A stretch of DNA of 64,000 nucleotides from contig CT868141.1 of NCBI GenBank assembly GCA_000165425.1, forward strand, positions 124,001 to 188,000, written 5' to 3'. The notes under the pieces are model-generated. The model ran no database searches and was not told where the DNA came from. It saw only the letters and a list, made by a program, of their open reading frames with translations. The position numbers and the translations under genes were made by a program. Below, one piece after another: positions 1 through 13,350 of the stretch. How positions within the stretch are numbered: the first letter of the stretch is position 1; each line of letters opens with the position of its first letter. The stretch is from Paramecium tetraurelia. Its lineage: Eukaryota.

Positions 1-740
1 AAGAAGCCTCTTTGAAGGAATTCGAAAAAGAATTACTTAACTTGAGTTAAGAACCAAGTCAATCCATTAATTAATCTTTATATATTGAAAGATTACATTC
101 CCTCGTTCTATAAAGGATGAGTATCATTCAAAATCAATTAAACCTCAAGGCCATGAGGCCTACATCATCACAACAGAACTTCTATCCTCAACAAAACACT
201 ACTTTCATCTCAAAAAATTCCAAAAATTCAACAGGCTCAACTCAAACGACTAGTAATAACAACTTATAAAATTTAATTCAAAATAAGTTAGAGTCATCTG
301 ATAAATTTAATCGCTTTAATAAACTCAATCAATGCCAATCCCCAGATCCCAGAATGACTTACATCACCAAATTTTCATAAAATAGCCCAATCTCTCAATA
401 TGGATTAACGCAATAACAACAAAAAAGTGAGATCTTAACGCACATTAGTGAATAATATGCAGAAAGCATTGATGACCAGTCCAATCCAAAAACATTTGCT
501 CAAAGATGCTTCTATTCCAAGGTTCTAAATCTTAAACTAAATTACCCACAATCCAATCCTGCTTAAAAAATACCAGTCTCAGTTTTATGGAAATAGGCTG
601 AAAAACAGAAAATTAAACCAGAAAATTGGGAATTATTCATTAAAGATTGTCTAGACAAACCATTCCAATATTTGGATCCTGAAAAAGTGAATTCTTAATT
701 TATTAATCCCTCTTAGATGAAATTCAAAAAATAATTATGA
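1..740 (+). CDS. Hypothetical protein, 5'-truncated by window edge
   Basis: Open frame from base 3 under code 6 (EASLKEFEKELLNLSQEPSQ...VSVLWKQAEKQKIKPENWELFIKDCLDKP). Possible 30-nt GT..TAG intron at 687-716. TGA at 738-740. Confidence 0.8.
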
Positions 741-860
741 ATTTACTTGAGATTTAAATATATAAATATATTTTATAACATTCTTTAAACCAATTTATGT
801 ATACTATCATTTTAACAAAAAATAATTATCTTCAATAATCATAATTAATATAATAATTTA

Positions 861-1219
861 ATGGGAAATAGACTTCCTAATTAAGAGAATTAAGCATGTA
901 TAGACCATCATAATATTTCTTAGAATTAGGAGAATAGATGCCGTATTTAAAAAAAAATAAATATGAAATTGAAGTTAAACCAAAAGAGTTTAAAGGTATT
1001 TTCATTAAATCATCGATTAGAATAGGAGGTTTAGGTAAATGATATACAAAAATTGTAAGAACAACAAGAAGATAAAGAAGTTTAGGAATTGATTGACTTA
1101 GCTAATAATGACTTTGATGATCTCTCTGACCAAATGAATAAAGTAATAAAAATAAAATATAAACCTAGTTAAATTGTCAGCTTGAAGATCTCTAGAATGA
1201 CTTAGACAAGTATATTTGA
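861..1219 (+). CDS. Small acidic coiled-coil protein, possible N-myristoylation (MGNRLP)
   Basis: ATG at 861. Three GTA..TAG introns of about 25 nt restore one frame ending ...LNCQLEDLQNDLDKYI-TGA. Confidence 0.7.
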
Positions 1220-1780
1220 ATATTAAATCCGTATCCCATGCAAATCTTTTTATTTAGTATTCTCAAAACTCCCTTAATTCTTCTAATAAAGTTGCAATTG
1301 TTTTACTAATATGATATCTTTGATTAAAAACAATGAATCTCCAGAAATAACAGAATAGAATATTTTTATTTCCATTAACTTCTTGTTCTAAGTTTTCAAG
1401 TGTGAAATTATGAATTTCAGCACAATTGTTGAAATAAATTAGTATTATCATATATTTCTGATTGGTAAAGGCATAGAAATGAATCAATGTATAAAAAATG
1501 AAAGATGTTTAGATTTTTCATATTCGGTTCTATATAATAACTAAATTGGAGATGGTTAATAATCTGTGTAATTTAATAAATTGCAGAAGATGAAAGGGAA
1601 CATTTTTGTGGTATCTTTAACTGAAGCACCTATATAAGAGTGTATTTTATAATTCAATATTATTATTTAATTTTCTGATCATTTCCTTTAAGAGTTCCTC
1701 AGATAGCAAAGGTAAATTAATTAATTATTATCATCCTTTCATACCTGACCATATATTTATATTATGCAGCTTATTTTTAG

Positions 1781-2966
1781 ATGAGCAAACAAAATTAGAC
1801 TTTCATAGTGACCAATCATTCCAGACAATTCCTCCATGGATATCATGTCGATGACAATATAGGCAAAAAGTTGGCTATATCTTAAAGTTCAGAGTTGGGC
1901 GGCGGTTTAATGAGTAGTGTTGAAGTAACGAATGAGAATTTAAATATAGGTGGAATAGAGGAAGCCCAAATAGGTGCTTCAAAAGGAATATGATTCCAGG
2001 AGTATACGATACGCAAATGAAGATTACTCATATTTGGCAAATTTGTTGTTGAGTAGATTTTCACAGCTAGATGCAGCAGCTGCTATTGCTACTCAATACC
2101 CATTATTTAAAATGTTGAGGGGTGTTACCAAAAAATTTATGTTTAATGAGTTAGAAATCATATTCTTTTTGCACACAATCGAAGAATAGAAATGGAGATA
2201 TGACGATTAATTGATATCAGATTTCTCAGCTTACTTTAAATAAGATTTTTTGAGCAACTAAGAAGTAATTAAATATTAAAGTAAATTAATTAGAATTAGA
2301 ATGTGGAAGGATTCAAAAAATTGTTATTGTTTCTGATTTGTTGCGGCTATACAATCAAGTGTTTTTTCAATGATTCAAATGATCAAGAGATAATCTTGAT
2401 AACTGATCACATCCAACAATATTGCTAGAAGGAGTAAAATAATTTGAATTTATATTAGCTTTAAAAAATCCCTCATGGATTTATGGAGACAGAAATACAT
2501 GAACTGCTCATTGAAAATTGTTCCAAGAGTTTTGAATAAGTTGTACAACAAGTTGATGAGAATCCCTAAAGATGGGAAACAAGAATTCCAATAAGATTAC
2601 AATGCTTTGGTCGATCAAATCATCTAGATCTCTCCAGCTTACAATAGTCAAGAAGGCAAATAGATTAAGCAAGAAGCCAAACCAGTCCAACAACAACCTT
2701 AGCAACAACCACCCATCAACTTCAGCCAGCAGACTTAGCAATCCTATCAACCATAATTCATGAATAACTCGGGTTTATTTATGCAATTTTCCCAATCGCA
2801 ACATCCTCCATAGGGATAACAATATTACTAACCCTTCCCTCCTCCATAAGATTTTTGTGATCACAACGTCAGCGACAATCTATTTGGAAATTCTAGGAAC
2901 AACTAAGAAATTATACCACCTCCACCACCGTTATTGAGTTAATCTTCTAATTTTAAAATACAATGA
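1781..2966 (+). CDS. Hypothetical protein with helical core and Q/P-rich C-terminal tail
   Basis: MSKQNQTFIVTNHSRQFLHGYHVDD... is continuous across 3 tiny introns. Tail QQQPQQQPPINF...PPPPPLLSQSSNFKIQ-TGA. Confidence 0.85.
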
Positions 2967-4117
2967 TAAATTAAATTAATAACAACGAATTTAGTCTTGT
3001 CGACTCTATTCAAAGACTTGAAAATAAAATCAGACACTTTAAATCAGATCCAAGCAAGCAGAAAAAGATTGTATCGAAATCCAATCCTCATCATAGGTCT
3101 ACAAGTATTAACAACAACTTGGAATTATGCTAAATCAGAAGGCAGAGTCAGACCTCCAACAAAACAAATTGGAATCCTGTTACTATCACCTTCAGAAGGC
3201 ACAACAATTATGTATTCATGTCCCCCACCTTAAAGTATGCATTTAAATCATCCTAGTTACAAACCATAAACAATCTTGCCTTATATCATCAAAAATTAAA
3301 CTAGCCACAAAAGGCCTTAAATTATTTGAATCAAACTTTGAAAATGCAATACTAGTAAGCAATCTTATTATCTTAAGATAACATCTTGATTCCTCCTTAG
3401 CAAACACTTATTTAAATATCAGTGCCATTTAGTCATCTTTAGAATGCCATGATGTTGCACTCCAAAACATCTATCTATCCATAATACTATTATAACATGA
3501 ATTATTAATTGAAGGTTTGAAATGCAATATCGAACTATAACACAAATTAAATCTTCAGAAAATGCAGAGTAATCTACTATCTGAAGGGTATATTCAATAT
3601 TTAAATTAAAAGAATCAATTTTCAATTTGATGAGTATCTGAAGATAGACAGAGCCTAAATTTTGATTGCTGCATATCACAACTTAAGTCTGGAAATGGAG
3701 TTTTTCAAAAGGAATGAAGAAGCATAAAAAATCATTGATTCTGCAAAAACTCTATCAGAATTTATTCTACAACCTTCACATGCCTTAAGAATAAAATTGA
3801 AGGAAATTGCAGACAAATAAGTAAGTACACGAATCTAAAAAGTTTAAAACTTTAATCACAGAAGCATTTCCTTCGATGATAGAAATAGTAATAGTATCCA
3901 TCACACTAAGTCCTCGAAATATCATTTTTAGAGACAGTATTCTAAAGATAATAATAATTCAATATAGTTAATTCAAAACTCCAAAACAGTTCTTAAGAAT
4001 ACTCCATCTAAATTGATAAAACATTAAAAATTCATAACAGAAATCACTCAATCAAAATCAGCTTCAAAAATTAACAAATTTATGAATCCATTAGAATTAA
4101 GTTATACATAGGATTGA
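2963..4117 (+). CDS. TPR-like repeat protein
   Basis: TPR-like helices TINNLALYHQKLNQPQKALNYL, LANTYLNISAIQSSLECHDVALQNI and LIAAYHNLSLEMEF. About 4 tiny introns. The start is either ATG 2963 or an internal ATG near 3127. Confidence 0.75.
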
Positions 4118-4149
4118 TTTACAAAATAATTGAAAATACATCATTAAAA

Positions 4150-4814
4150 TACTCAAAAATCTGTTAATTCATTTGATTCATATTAATGACTTAATATTTT
4201 TCCTTGTTTTTACAATTCTTACTTATTGAGTTGCTACCTTAACCAATTTTCATCCACCTCTCTTGTCTTCGAATTACTAATCTCTAATCTTAACTATGAA
4301 ACCTTTAATATGAAAATTTCCATTACTAATTTATTTAGTCGGCTGATTTCGCACTTAAAAGTTGAAATTATTCCCTCAGAATTATCCTTCTCAGGAGATG
4401 ATTACGTTTGATCAAATCTTATGTCACTTACATATTTACTTAAATTTTAATTTTTCATATTCAATTTGGCTCTATTATAACTATTCTTGCATTCTCAGAT
4501 TTTAATCTTAAAGACTTATTATAAATTGTTTAGTTTCTACATCTTCCAAAGCATAGATCTCTAATTCTGTCTCCAATTTCAATCTCTGACCTGTCCTTTT
4601 TATTTGATTAGCTTGCTGTCGTATGAAGGTCATTTAATTGAGAAGTTTTCTTGCAAATGCTCTCATATTTGTCTAATAAGATCTGATATTTGCTTTATAA
4701 ATCATAATGAGCTGTTTCAAATTCATAATACCTTTACAGTAATTCTTCGAGAGCCAAACATTTAGAAGCCAGTTTTGATTGAGGCATTTTCATAAGTGTC
4801 TTGAAATTGGACAT
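4150..4814 (-). pseudogene. Probable degenerate coiled-coil gene
   Basis: Good start MSNFKTLMKMPQSKLASKCLALEELLQRYYEFE. Downstream coiled-coil-like segments (RLKLETELEIYALED, EGIISTFKCEISRLNKL) lie in different frames, and I could not join them with clean canonical introns. Confidence 0.45.
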
Positions 4815-5530
4815 ATATAAATAAAATAAATAAAAAACAATTATTATTGTTAAATTTGATAATATACAAATAATATTATTTTTACATTTTATTATTATAT
4901 TTTATTATTATAATATATATTTTTACATTTTATCATTATTTAGAATTTTCAGATTAAAAGAGAAGGTGACAAAAAATAAATATTTAAACTTTTACAATTT
5001 TTAGAGATTTCAAGGGCTGAAATGATAATTTATTTGCTTTTTCATTATTCTAGTCAATATTTATGATGATTATTAATAAGTATTATTTAATGTATGAATT
5101 ATTAGCATTACAATATATATTTGAATTAATCAAATCGATATACATAAAGTTATTCATATAAGATTTTTTCACTTTTTAATTATTAATCTCCAATGCTAAA
5201 ATGATGTTCTTAATGCAGGAGAATTAATCAATTAAATTTATGAAGTTATTCAACTTAAATTGGTGTTAATTTAATACAGAGTAAAATTGTGATGATTTTG
5301 AATATTAATGTAATGAATTAATAATATATCATATAATCGATCATATTAAAAATAATAAATATCAAATCATATAAAGGCAACAAGAATTGATAATATGATA
5401 TTTGTCTACATTACAATAATACTCTATAAAATTTATAATAATCTTTGAATATTCAAATATGTCATTGATGACATAAACCAAACTCTAAAATTATTGTACA
5501 GAGAATAATTCTGAATTGATATTTTTTTTA

Positions 5531-6901
5531 ATGGAAATCGGGGAATAAAAGATACATTGCGATAAGCATAACAAGAAATGCTATTTCATCTGCATATAGA
5601 AGGAATGTTAAGTAGGAAGAAGACTTTTGTGCACCAAATGCATTTCCAGCCAACTTCATAATTAACATAAACTAGTTGACTTTGAAGATGCAAACAAATG
5701 GATAAAATAGAAAGAGAAGGAATGCATAGAGTAGTTAAGTGAGTAATCATCTGAAATTTGGAGGCAATTCTCATCATCAAAATAAAAAATCAATTGTCTA
5801 CTTGAATCGATAGAATTAAATCTAATGGCAATACTTTCACCAACCCTACATAAACTTAAGGAAAATCTAAAAACCAATAATATTTTCAATATTGCCTAGT
5901 CATTATCAGATTTTAATTTATAGACTCCTAAATAACAAGATCAAGTGATAGATTTGTAATTTTTGGAAGAAAGGATGAATAATTCCCTGTTATTATTGGA
6001 AGAGTTAAATACTAAGGTGCATTAATTGGATCGTAGATTTCTTTGGAAATAAATCAAGAATTTCAATGGACATGATGATGTGATTTACTCATTAGACATA
6101 TCTCCGGATGGGAAGAGGGCAGTCACTGGAGGAGGTGATATGTAAATGAGATTGTGGGATTTGGTAAACTATACATAGATTGGCAATCCAATTCAAGCAC
6201 ACGATGGGATAGTTTGGTGTGTAGCATATGGATAAAATTGTATTATTTCTGGTAGTGATGATAATACAATTAAGTATTGGGATGACAAAACTATGAAGGT
6301 GATAGATATCAAGTACACAAATGACCCAGTGTTTTCTCTTGAATTAAATTAAGATTTCACATATTTAGCATCGGGGATAAATAACTTGATTGGTCTTTGG
6401 AGTCAAAGTGATAGGAAGCAAATTGGGATATTGAAAGGGCATACAGATTATGTGACTTCGCTATCTTTTTATACTCATTTTCTAGTCTCTGGATCAAAAG
6501 ATAAATCAGTCAGATTGTGGAACATTTAAACCAAGTAATTGATCAACATGTTTTCTGGGAATTAAAATACCATAAGAAGTGTGGCATTTTCCAAAGATGG
6601 CAAATACATTGCTTCAGGTGGGTATGATAAAATAGTTAGAGTTTGGAATCAAAGCACTAATAAAATGATATAGCATGATCATGGCGATATTATTTGGAGT
6701 GTGAAATTTCTGGATGATGACACTGTAATAACTGGCGGGAAAAATGCAAAAATAAAGTTCTGGAATTTGAATGAAAGTCATCAAAATGATGTGTCTATTG
6801 AATGTGAAAGAGGAATAATGACAATGTCTATAACAACTTCTGGGAATACTATAATTGCGGCAACAAACAAGGACATTTGCATTTTTGAGAAACCTAATTG
6901 A
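5531..6901 (+). CDS. WD40-repeat protein with N-terminal B-box-like Cys/His cluster
   Basis: N-terminus CDKH..C.FIC....C.....LCTKC....H..H. WD repeats include GHDDVIYSLDISPDGKRAVTGGGDMQMRLWD and GHTDYVTSLSF...SGSKDKSVRLWN. Appears intronless. Confidence 0.92.
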
Positions 6902-7142
6902 TTTTATTGAGTTTTCTAATTTTAAACTATATTATTATTTTATTGAGAATTATAAAAGTTTGAAATATTTGATCAATTTATTAGGGAAATTTAAGAATTC
7001 GTTTTCTATGATTTTTAAGAACAAAAAATTATTATAAATTAGAAATTGCAATCATGAATCACAGATTAAGGATTATTATTATTAAAATATATGTTTATGT
7101 GTAAGTGTAAGATAATGATGATTTTAGAACAATTGGGTTTTA

Positions 7143-8081
7143 TCATTTTATTTTTTTGTAAAGACATTCCTTTGGTTTTGGGTATAATTTGTCTAATTAA
7201 GCTTCGTAGTTTTTTGTTGCTAAATTTTGATTAGTGTCAGTTAAGTATATCCAATATAAATAACCATACAGTTTTCCATCTTTTTCTACAAAAATTTGTT
7301 CTTATTTTATTTTAACATAGAATCTTTTCCCATTAAAATTTTACACCTCCATTTCAAATATTTATGAGTCGTTTGAAACAGCCTCAAATACTTGGTGCCA
7401 AACTTCCAAATAATTGTTGACTCTTATGGCACAAGGGAGTGTTTTTGTTTCTCTTAAATATTCTTCTATCATGTCTATTGTAATCCCCATCAATTGTAGA
7501 AATTTTATATTATGGGTGTATTTTAGAATAACAGATTCGTTTCTTTCATGGCGAAATGTGTAACATTCATAGGGATATTTGGAAGCAAGTTCTTCCACTT
7601 TCTATATTTCAAGCTCAGTTGAACAAGGGATCGATGATATTTAGTCATATCTTTATAAGTATTTACTTAAATTATTATATGCTTTATCCATGTTCAATAT
7701 TCTCAGCATCTAAAATATGGTGGATATATCTGCTAAATCGAAGTCTCTGGCCTAAAAATGATATTCTATTTTCTGTTGTTGAATATCAGTTTAAGAAACT
7801 GAGTACCCAATACTGAATATGTTGATGCCCAATTCTCCAAGAGTGTTATCATTAAAGGTTGTAAGAGCAAACTATATGTTCTCCTTCGTTCTAAAGTACT
7901 AGTTCTGGTTAATATTTCTTGGAATAATGAATGAAGTCACAAACTCTTTTGCCTGGGGTATTGAAATTAGACATTATTCTTTGATTTTAGAATTTTATTT
8001 CTTTTTCTTAATGACTTTATTCATAGGAATTAGAGCAATCTTGGTGGATGGATTATTTATTTCCATTTTAATCGAGTTCAT
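7143..8081 (-). CDS. Hypothetical ciliate protein
   Basis: Uninterrupted code-6 frame of about 312 codons, MNSIKMEINNPSTK...KECLYKKIK-TGA. It includes ORF-track 7362..7598. Confidence 0.8.
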
Positions 8082-8354
8082 TTTATTTATATTTAAAATA
8101 AATGTATCTTTACAGCGCATTTAATATAATGCAGTGGGTATTATTTTAAATCTATTTTTAGAATAGAATGACTCTAATTATATTTCAAGGTAAATCCAAA
8201 ATATTTTAATTTACATGAATACTCTTTTCTTAACAGTCACTTACAAACTAAAATATAAATACTATTATTATTTATACTGAAAATATTCGATAAAAAAAAC
8301 TAACCCTCAATCTATAACTATTATCATTGTTATGAATAAACTAACAAAAATATA

Positions 8355-9815
8355 TCAATTCATTTTTTCTAAATGATAACATACTGATTCAATCATGTTG
8401 TTTAATTGAGCATCTCCTGAAACCTTGAAAATTACTGAAGCATACTTTGGTGTCCCATCAATTAGTTTATTTAAATCATCCCATCTTTTCAATCTAAAGT
8501 GAATATAATAAATCAATACCTGAGTTGCACAATTTCTCTTTTGTCATTCGGAGCAATTACCAATCTTGGTTTGACTTCTTTGTCTGCTTCATCACTAGAT
8601 TTATAGATTCTACCAGAAATCGGATCAGTCCTACGCTAAGTTAATCTCTTCAGAACAACGTCATCCACAGCATCAATAATGACAATCAAAGTCGGTTGAA
8701 TGTTGAGTTCATTTAATGACTCCATTTATTGTTCTGTCTTCGGATATCCATCAAGAACATAACCCTATAATTGACAATCCGTCTGATTGATTCTTTCCTT
8801 GATCAGAGCATTAATAATTCGGTCATCCACAAGTTCCCCCTTATTCACCTTTTCAAAGGCTTCCTTACCAGTAGTACCTTTTTTATTGACCAAATTCGAA
8901 ATCAATTCCCTGGTTGAAATGTAAACAAATCCATATCTAGAACATAAGTGTTTAGCTAATGTAGATCTACCTGATCCTGGTGGTCCTATGACTAGAATTC
9001 TTCCAGCTCTGGTCGGTGCATTGTTGTATAGTTTGTATTTGAGTCGTTACTACAATATGAATATATAATAATACAGCCATATCTTCTAATTCATAGTTTT
9101 TTTCTCCATCAACTGAGAAGTATTGATTCTTGTAAATTTCCTTAACTTGCTTAAGATTCAATTGATATTCTAATGAATGATTTCTTGCCAATTCCTCTTT
9201 GTTGCTTAGTTTACTGAATGGTTCTGTGTCCAATTTTTTGAGACAACATTAATAGATTTTCTCCTCAGACATTTCCAGTATGAGAAACGCATCAGGAATG
9301 ATCCCCTCCTTTTAGAATGCTAAGCCTTAGACTCTAGTTTTAGGGAATCCTTCAAAGATGTAACTTTTTTTCTCATTTTCAAAATGCTAAATTTGATTTA
9401 ATGCAATATTAATCACAATGTCATCACTGACATATTAAAATTTATCCAAAGAATCTTAAATTTATTGACTCTACACTCATATATCATATCAATACCAATT
9501 CTGATTTCTTGCTTAATTCTTTTTCGATCAAATCCCCTATAGAAACACAATGGAAATTCATATATTCAGCAAGTGTAAGGGAAAGCTCTAGTAATTTGGA
9601 TCCAGGAGGTCCTATTACGAATATTTTTTTTGCTTGAATGAGAGTTGAAAAGTACTTTCGGGTTCTTATAATTTATTGATCAGAAATTGTATTGGATCAT
9701 CGGGCTTCTTAATAATCAGAGATTTTAGCAAATCCTCAAAAATGCTATACACCTTGTTTCTTTCTAGGTACTTCTCTACTTGTTATTGGTATTGTAACTT
9801 ATTTGCCTGATCCAT
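8355..9815 (-). CDS. AK8: Tandem-domain adenylate kinase with N-terminal Dpy-30/RIIa-like docking domain (AK8-like, probably ciliary)
   Basis: YLERNKVYSIFEDLLKSLIIKKPDDPIQFL docking motif. Two P-loop AK modules: IFVIGPPGS...IFEGFPKT and ILVIGPPGSGRST...VLDGYPKT...RRTDPISG. Several tiny introns. Confidence 0.88.
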
Positions 9816-9971
9816 AAGTTATACTTTTTAATTCCAGAATATATTAATAATTTAATACTCAAAATAAACAAGCAATAAATTGAATGGACTCTGGATGCAA
9901 ATATTGCACTCGCACAATTTAAACATCATTAATATTATATAATTAAGATTGCCAATTCAATCAAATGCTCC

Positions 9972-10496
9972 TCATTCAACCTCTGAACTTTAATCTGAAT
10001 CTAATCCATTAATAAAAAATTCTTGATCCTACTTCTCAACCATAGATTGATTTCCATTTTCCCTCTTCTCTATAGCTTGAACATTCTTAAGCAGCTTTTG
10101 TCTCAACTCCTCATCCGCCTCATTGTAACTGTCTTCTCTCCTTGAATAATCTTGCTTCCTTTCATCATAATCATCATAAGGTGTACTTTATTTTGTTGAG
10201 AGTTCATTTTTTGAAGTATAATTTTCCTAAATATGATACTTCTTTATGTGATTCCTCAAAGGCATTTTGCTAGTATATTGTTTACCGCAGTATTGACAAT
10301 TCGTTTTTTCCTTGTTTGAATTATACAAGTAATCCTGGTTGTGCGACCTCTTCTTCAAATTTAATTGGGGACCACTGCTTTTGTTGAAACTGCTATCTCC
10401 AAGTTTGATCTGATTGAAAAGTCGAGTGTATTTCTCAGTTAATAGTTTCTATTCATTGAGGTAATTGCTAATGAAGTCTGCCAACTTATAGTTCAT
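9972..10496 (-). CDS. Single C2H2 zinc-finger protein
   Basis: CQYCGKQYTSKMPLRNHIKKYH within an intronless 174-codon frame with an acidic C-terminus. Confidence 0.88.
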
Positions 10497-11767
10497 AAAA
10501 ATAATAACAAATTCTAAAAGGATTTCTGAAATAAGCTCAAGACCAATTATTTATATGATTATAAAAATAAAGGACTTAATTAATAATCTCAACTCTTTTA
10601 AAGGTTTTCACCTTTCAAAAGGCGAACGATTATAACTACATTATTGGAAGGGATCTCATTCTATTAATACAATAATTGATAAGCAATCCCTTTGAACCAC
10701 TCATCAATTATTGGATTAATTAAGAGTAAATGTTAAACACTTTCTTGCTTAAATATTTTTTATTTAATCTTTCCGCATGTGATTCAGAGGAATTTGAATT
10801 AGCATCTATTGTTCTAAATAGGAAGAATTAAGCAGACCCTATGAAATCTGAATTTTTCAATTTATATAATTTAATTTAAATATAAGGATTATTATAACAA
10901 ATATCGATTCTTTTCAAGCCTTTTTGAAATTATAAAATTAATTAGCGTGATTATTTGAAGACCAAATTCTTTAACTCTTTTTAAATTATTAAATTTTTAT
11001 CAAATGCTAATAAACATTTAAACTAGAATTGATTTATCATTAAATTTAAAGTTGATATTTGATTGATTATTAAGTCTAATTTTATTGAAAACTTTATACA
11101 TTATTAAAGTATATTAGGTAAAAGTTTATTTTCCAGTAAATAATTTAAGGATATACATTCAATAATTATTTGTAAATAGAAATAAGATTTTATTTATTGT
11201 GGTAAAATTACATTTTTTTCATCAAAATTATAAGATAATATAAATGGTTTATCACAAATTGTTAAAACACAAAATAAATCAAACATTAGAAAGCTATCTA
11301 AGATGAAAAATTATTAATTTGAAGAAGACTAGTCAAATTATCATTATACTATCTAAGATATCTCCTTAGACACTATAAAATTGACCGTTTACATAAAATT
11401 AAATTTAGTGAACTTTATTGAATTAACTTATCAATTCTCTATACTTTCAACTTTATGTGCTAATATATAATTAGAATTAATTTAATTATTAAATAACTCT
11501 CCCAAGATGCAATAATTATTTAAAAACTCTAATAATCAAATTAAATTTGATACCAAATATATCCTACTTTGCTTTGCTTTTTATTTTATTATTTCGATTA
11601 AATAATTATTTAACAATATATTTTATTTTTAAAGTAAGATAATTTATTATAAAAAATTATTCAAGTCGATGATGATTTGAATTCAAAGATATATTTCATG
11701 TTTAAGACTTTTATAATTTCTGATTCAGAACTGAAAATTAATTAGTCAAATTTATTTTATTATTATT

Positions 11768-12130
11768 ATGCAAAAACAAGCAATCGGAATGACTAGGTCT
11801 GTAAATCTCAGTCGATAATCATCTATCTCATCTCAAACATCAAATTCAGATAAAAAACCTAAAATTAACTCGTACATTTCATTATCACCTCGCTTTGATC
11901 CAGAAAAAGGTTTGGCTTTTGAGAACAGTATCAAGGAAGTTAAAATAAAAGAAGATGAACCAGAATCTCCATAATAATAGCTCTAGGAGAGTTAGAGTTT
12001 ATAAAAAATTGGAAAGATCAGGAAATAATCAAGTTTCACTTTAAAAGCATAAAAAGATGAATAAATGAAAAAAAGTCAATTCAGTAGAACATAAAGAGCA
12101 GATAGCTTAAATCCTTAGAAAAATCAATGA
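11768..12130 (+). CDS. Small low-complexity hypothetical protein (120 aa)
   Basis: MQKQAIGMTRSVNLSRQSSISSQ...SLSPRFDPEKGLAFE...NPQKNQ-TGA, single exon. Confidence 0.7.
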
Positions 12131-12632
12131 ATTTTAATTTATTCTTTTTCATTATAAAGAAAATATTGTTAAAATGAAATCTATAATGTATGGCTTATGT
12201 ATCCTTAAACTTAAGATTCCTTTACATATATTTTTAGAAGGTTTGTTTTTTGAGCAATTCATTTCTAATAAATTTAGGTACACTTTAATTGTTGATTAAA
12301 TAATTAATAATAAATTTCATTGTTTTGTGGCTTTGCATAATTAAAGATATTACTAAATGAACTATCCAATCTTCATTTAAGCTTAAAAAATTTATTATCA
12401 ACCTTATTCAAGTATATCTAGAGTGATGTTTAAGTTATTTTTTGTAAAATAAACTCTTGGAAACTCGAAATTCTTCATAAATTGTCCAATGGAATAGGAT
12501 ACCAAATAACAATGAATAGGGTTTGAGGACTTTAAGTTTATAGCCAACTAAATTTGCATATTTGAATCGATTATAAATATATATTTATATAGAATCTGTT
12601 CTATTCTGTGTTAATAATATTTAAATATAAAA

Positions 12633-13322
12633 ATGAGTTTGTAATAGGAATATGATTACCTTTTCAAGATACTTTTGATTGGAAACTCAGCTGTAGGAAA
12701 ATCGTCTTTGTTACTTCGATTTGCTGACAATGTGTTCAATGAAAGTTTTTTGCCTACAATTGGTGTAGATTTCAAGATTCGTACTTTTGATTTGAATGGG
12801 AAGACAGTAAAGTTGTAGGTACTTTTGGGATTTAAATTTAGATTTGGGACACTGCAGGATAAGAAAGATTCAAAACAATAACAAATTCTTATTACAAAGG
12901 AGCTCATGGAATTATATTGGTTTACGATGTGACTGATAAGTAATCATTCAAGGATGTGGAAAATTGGTTAGCAGGTAATTCTATTAAATACATCATCTAG
13001 AGGTGGAAAAGTACGCAAATGAAAATGTTGTAAGAGTACTTGTGGGCAATAAGGTTGATTTAGAAAGTAAGAGAGAAGTAACATCTGAAGAAGGAAAAGA
13101 ACTTGCAGATTCTTTGAATATCCGTTTTATAGGTAGTTATGTAAATTAACAAAAGAAACATCTGCAAAGAACTCATCAAATGTGGAGAAAGCTTTTATTA
13201 CTCTAGCAAATGAAATCAAAGCAAAAGTAGCAAAGAGCAGTGAAGCTATCCCAGTAAAAACAGGACCTCGCATCACTCCTGATCAATAATAGAATACGGT
13301 CAAAGATACTGGATGCTGTTGA
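12633..13322 (+). CDS. RAB1: Rab1/Ypt1 small GTPase
   Basis: [47 protein letters not shown] and C-terminal GCC prenylation motif. 3 tiny introns. Confidence 0.97.
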
Positions 13323-13350
13323 CACACATTATAACCATATTATTATTTAT

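Noticed and set aside
1590..1748. Short upstream ORF (MKGNIFVVSLTEAP...) before the gene at 1781
   Set aside because: With TGA as the only stop, a 52-codon frame is expected by chance, and there is no independent support.
11665..11735. Possible C/D-box snoRNA (ATGATGA ... CTGA)
   Set aside because: No terminal stem or recognisable rRNA-antisense element, and such short boxes are expected by chance in DNA this AT-rich.
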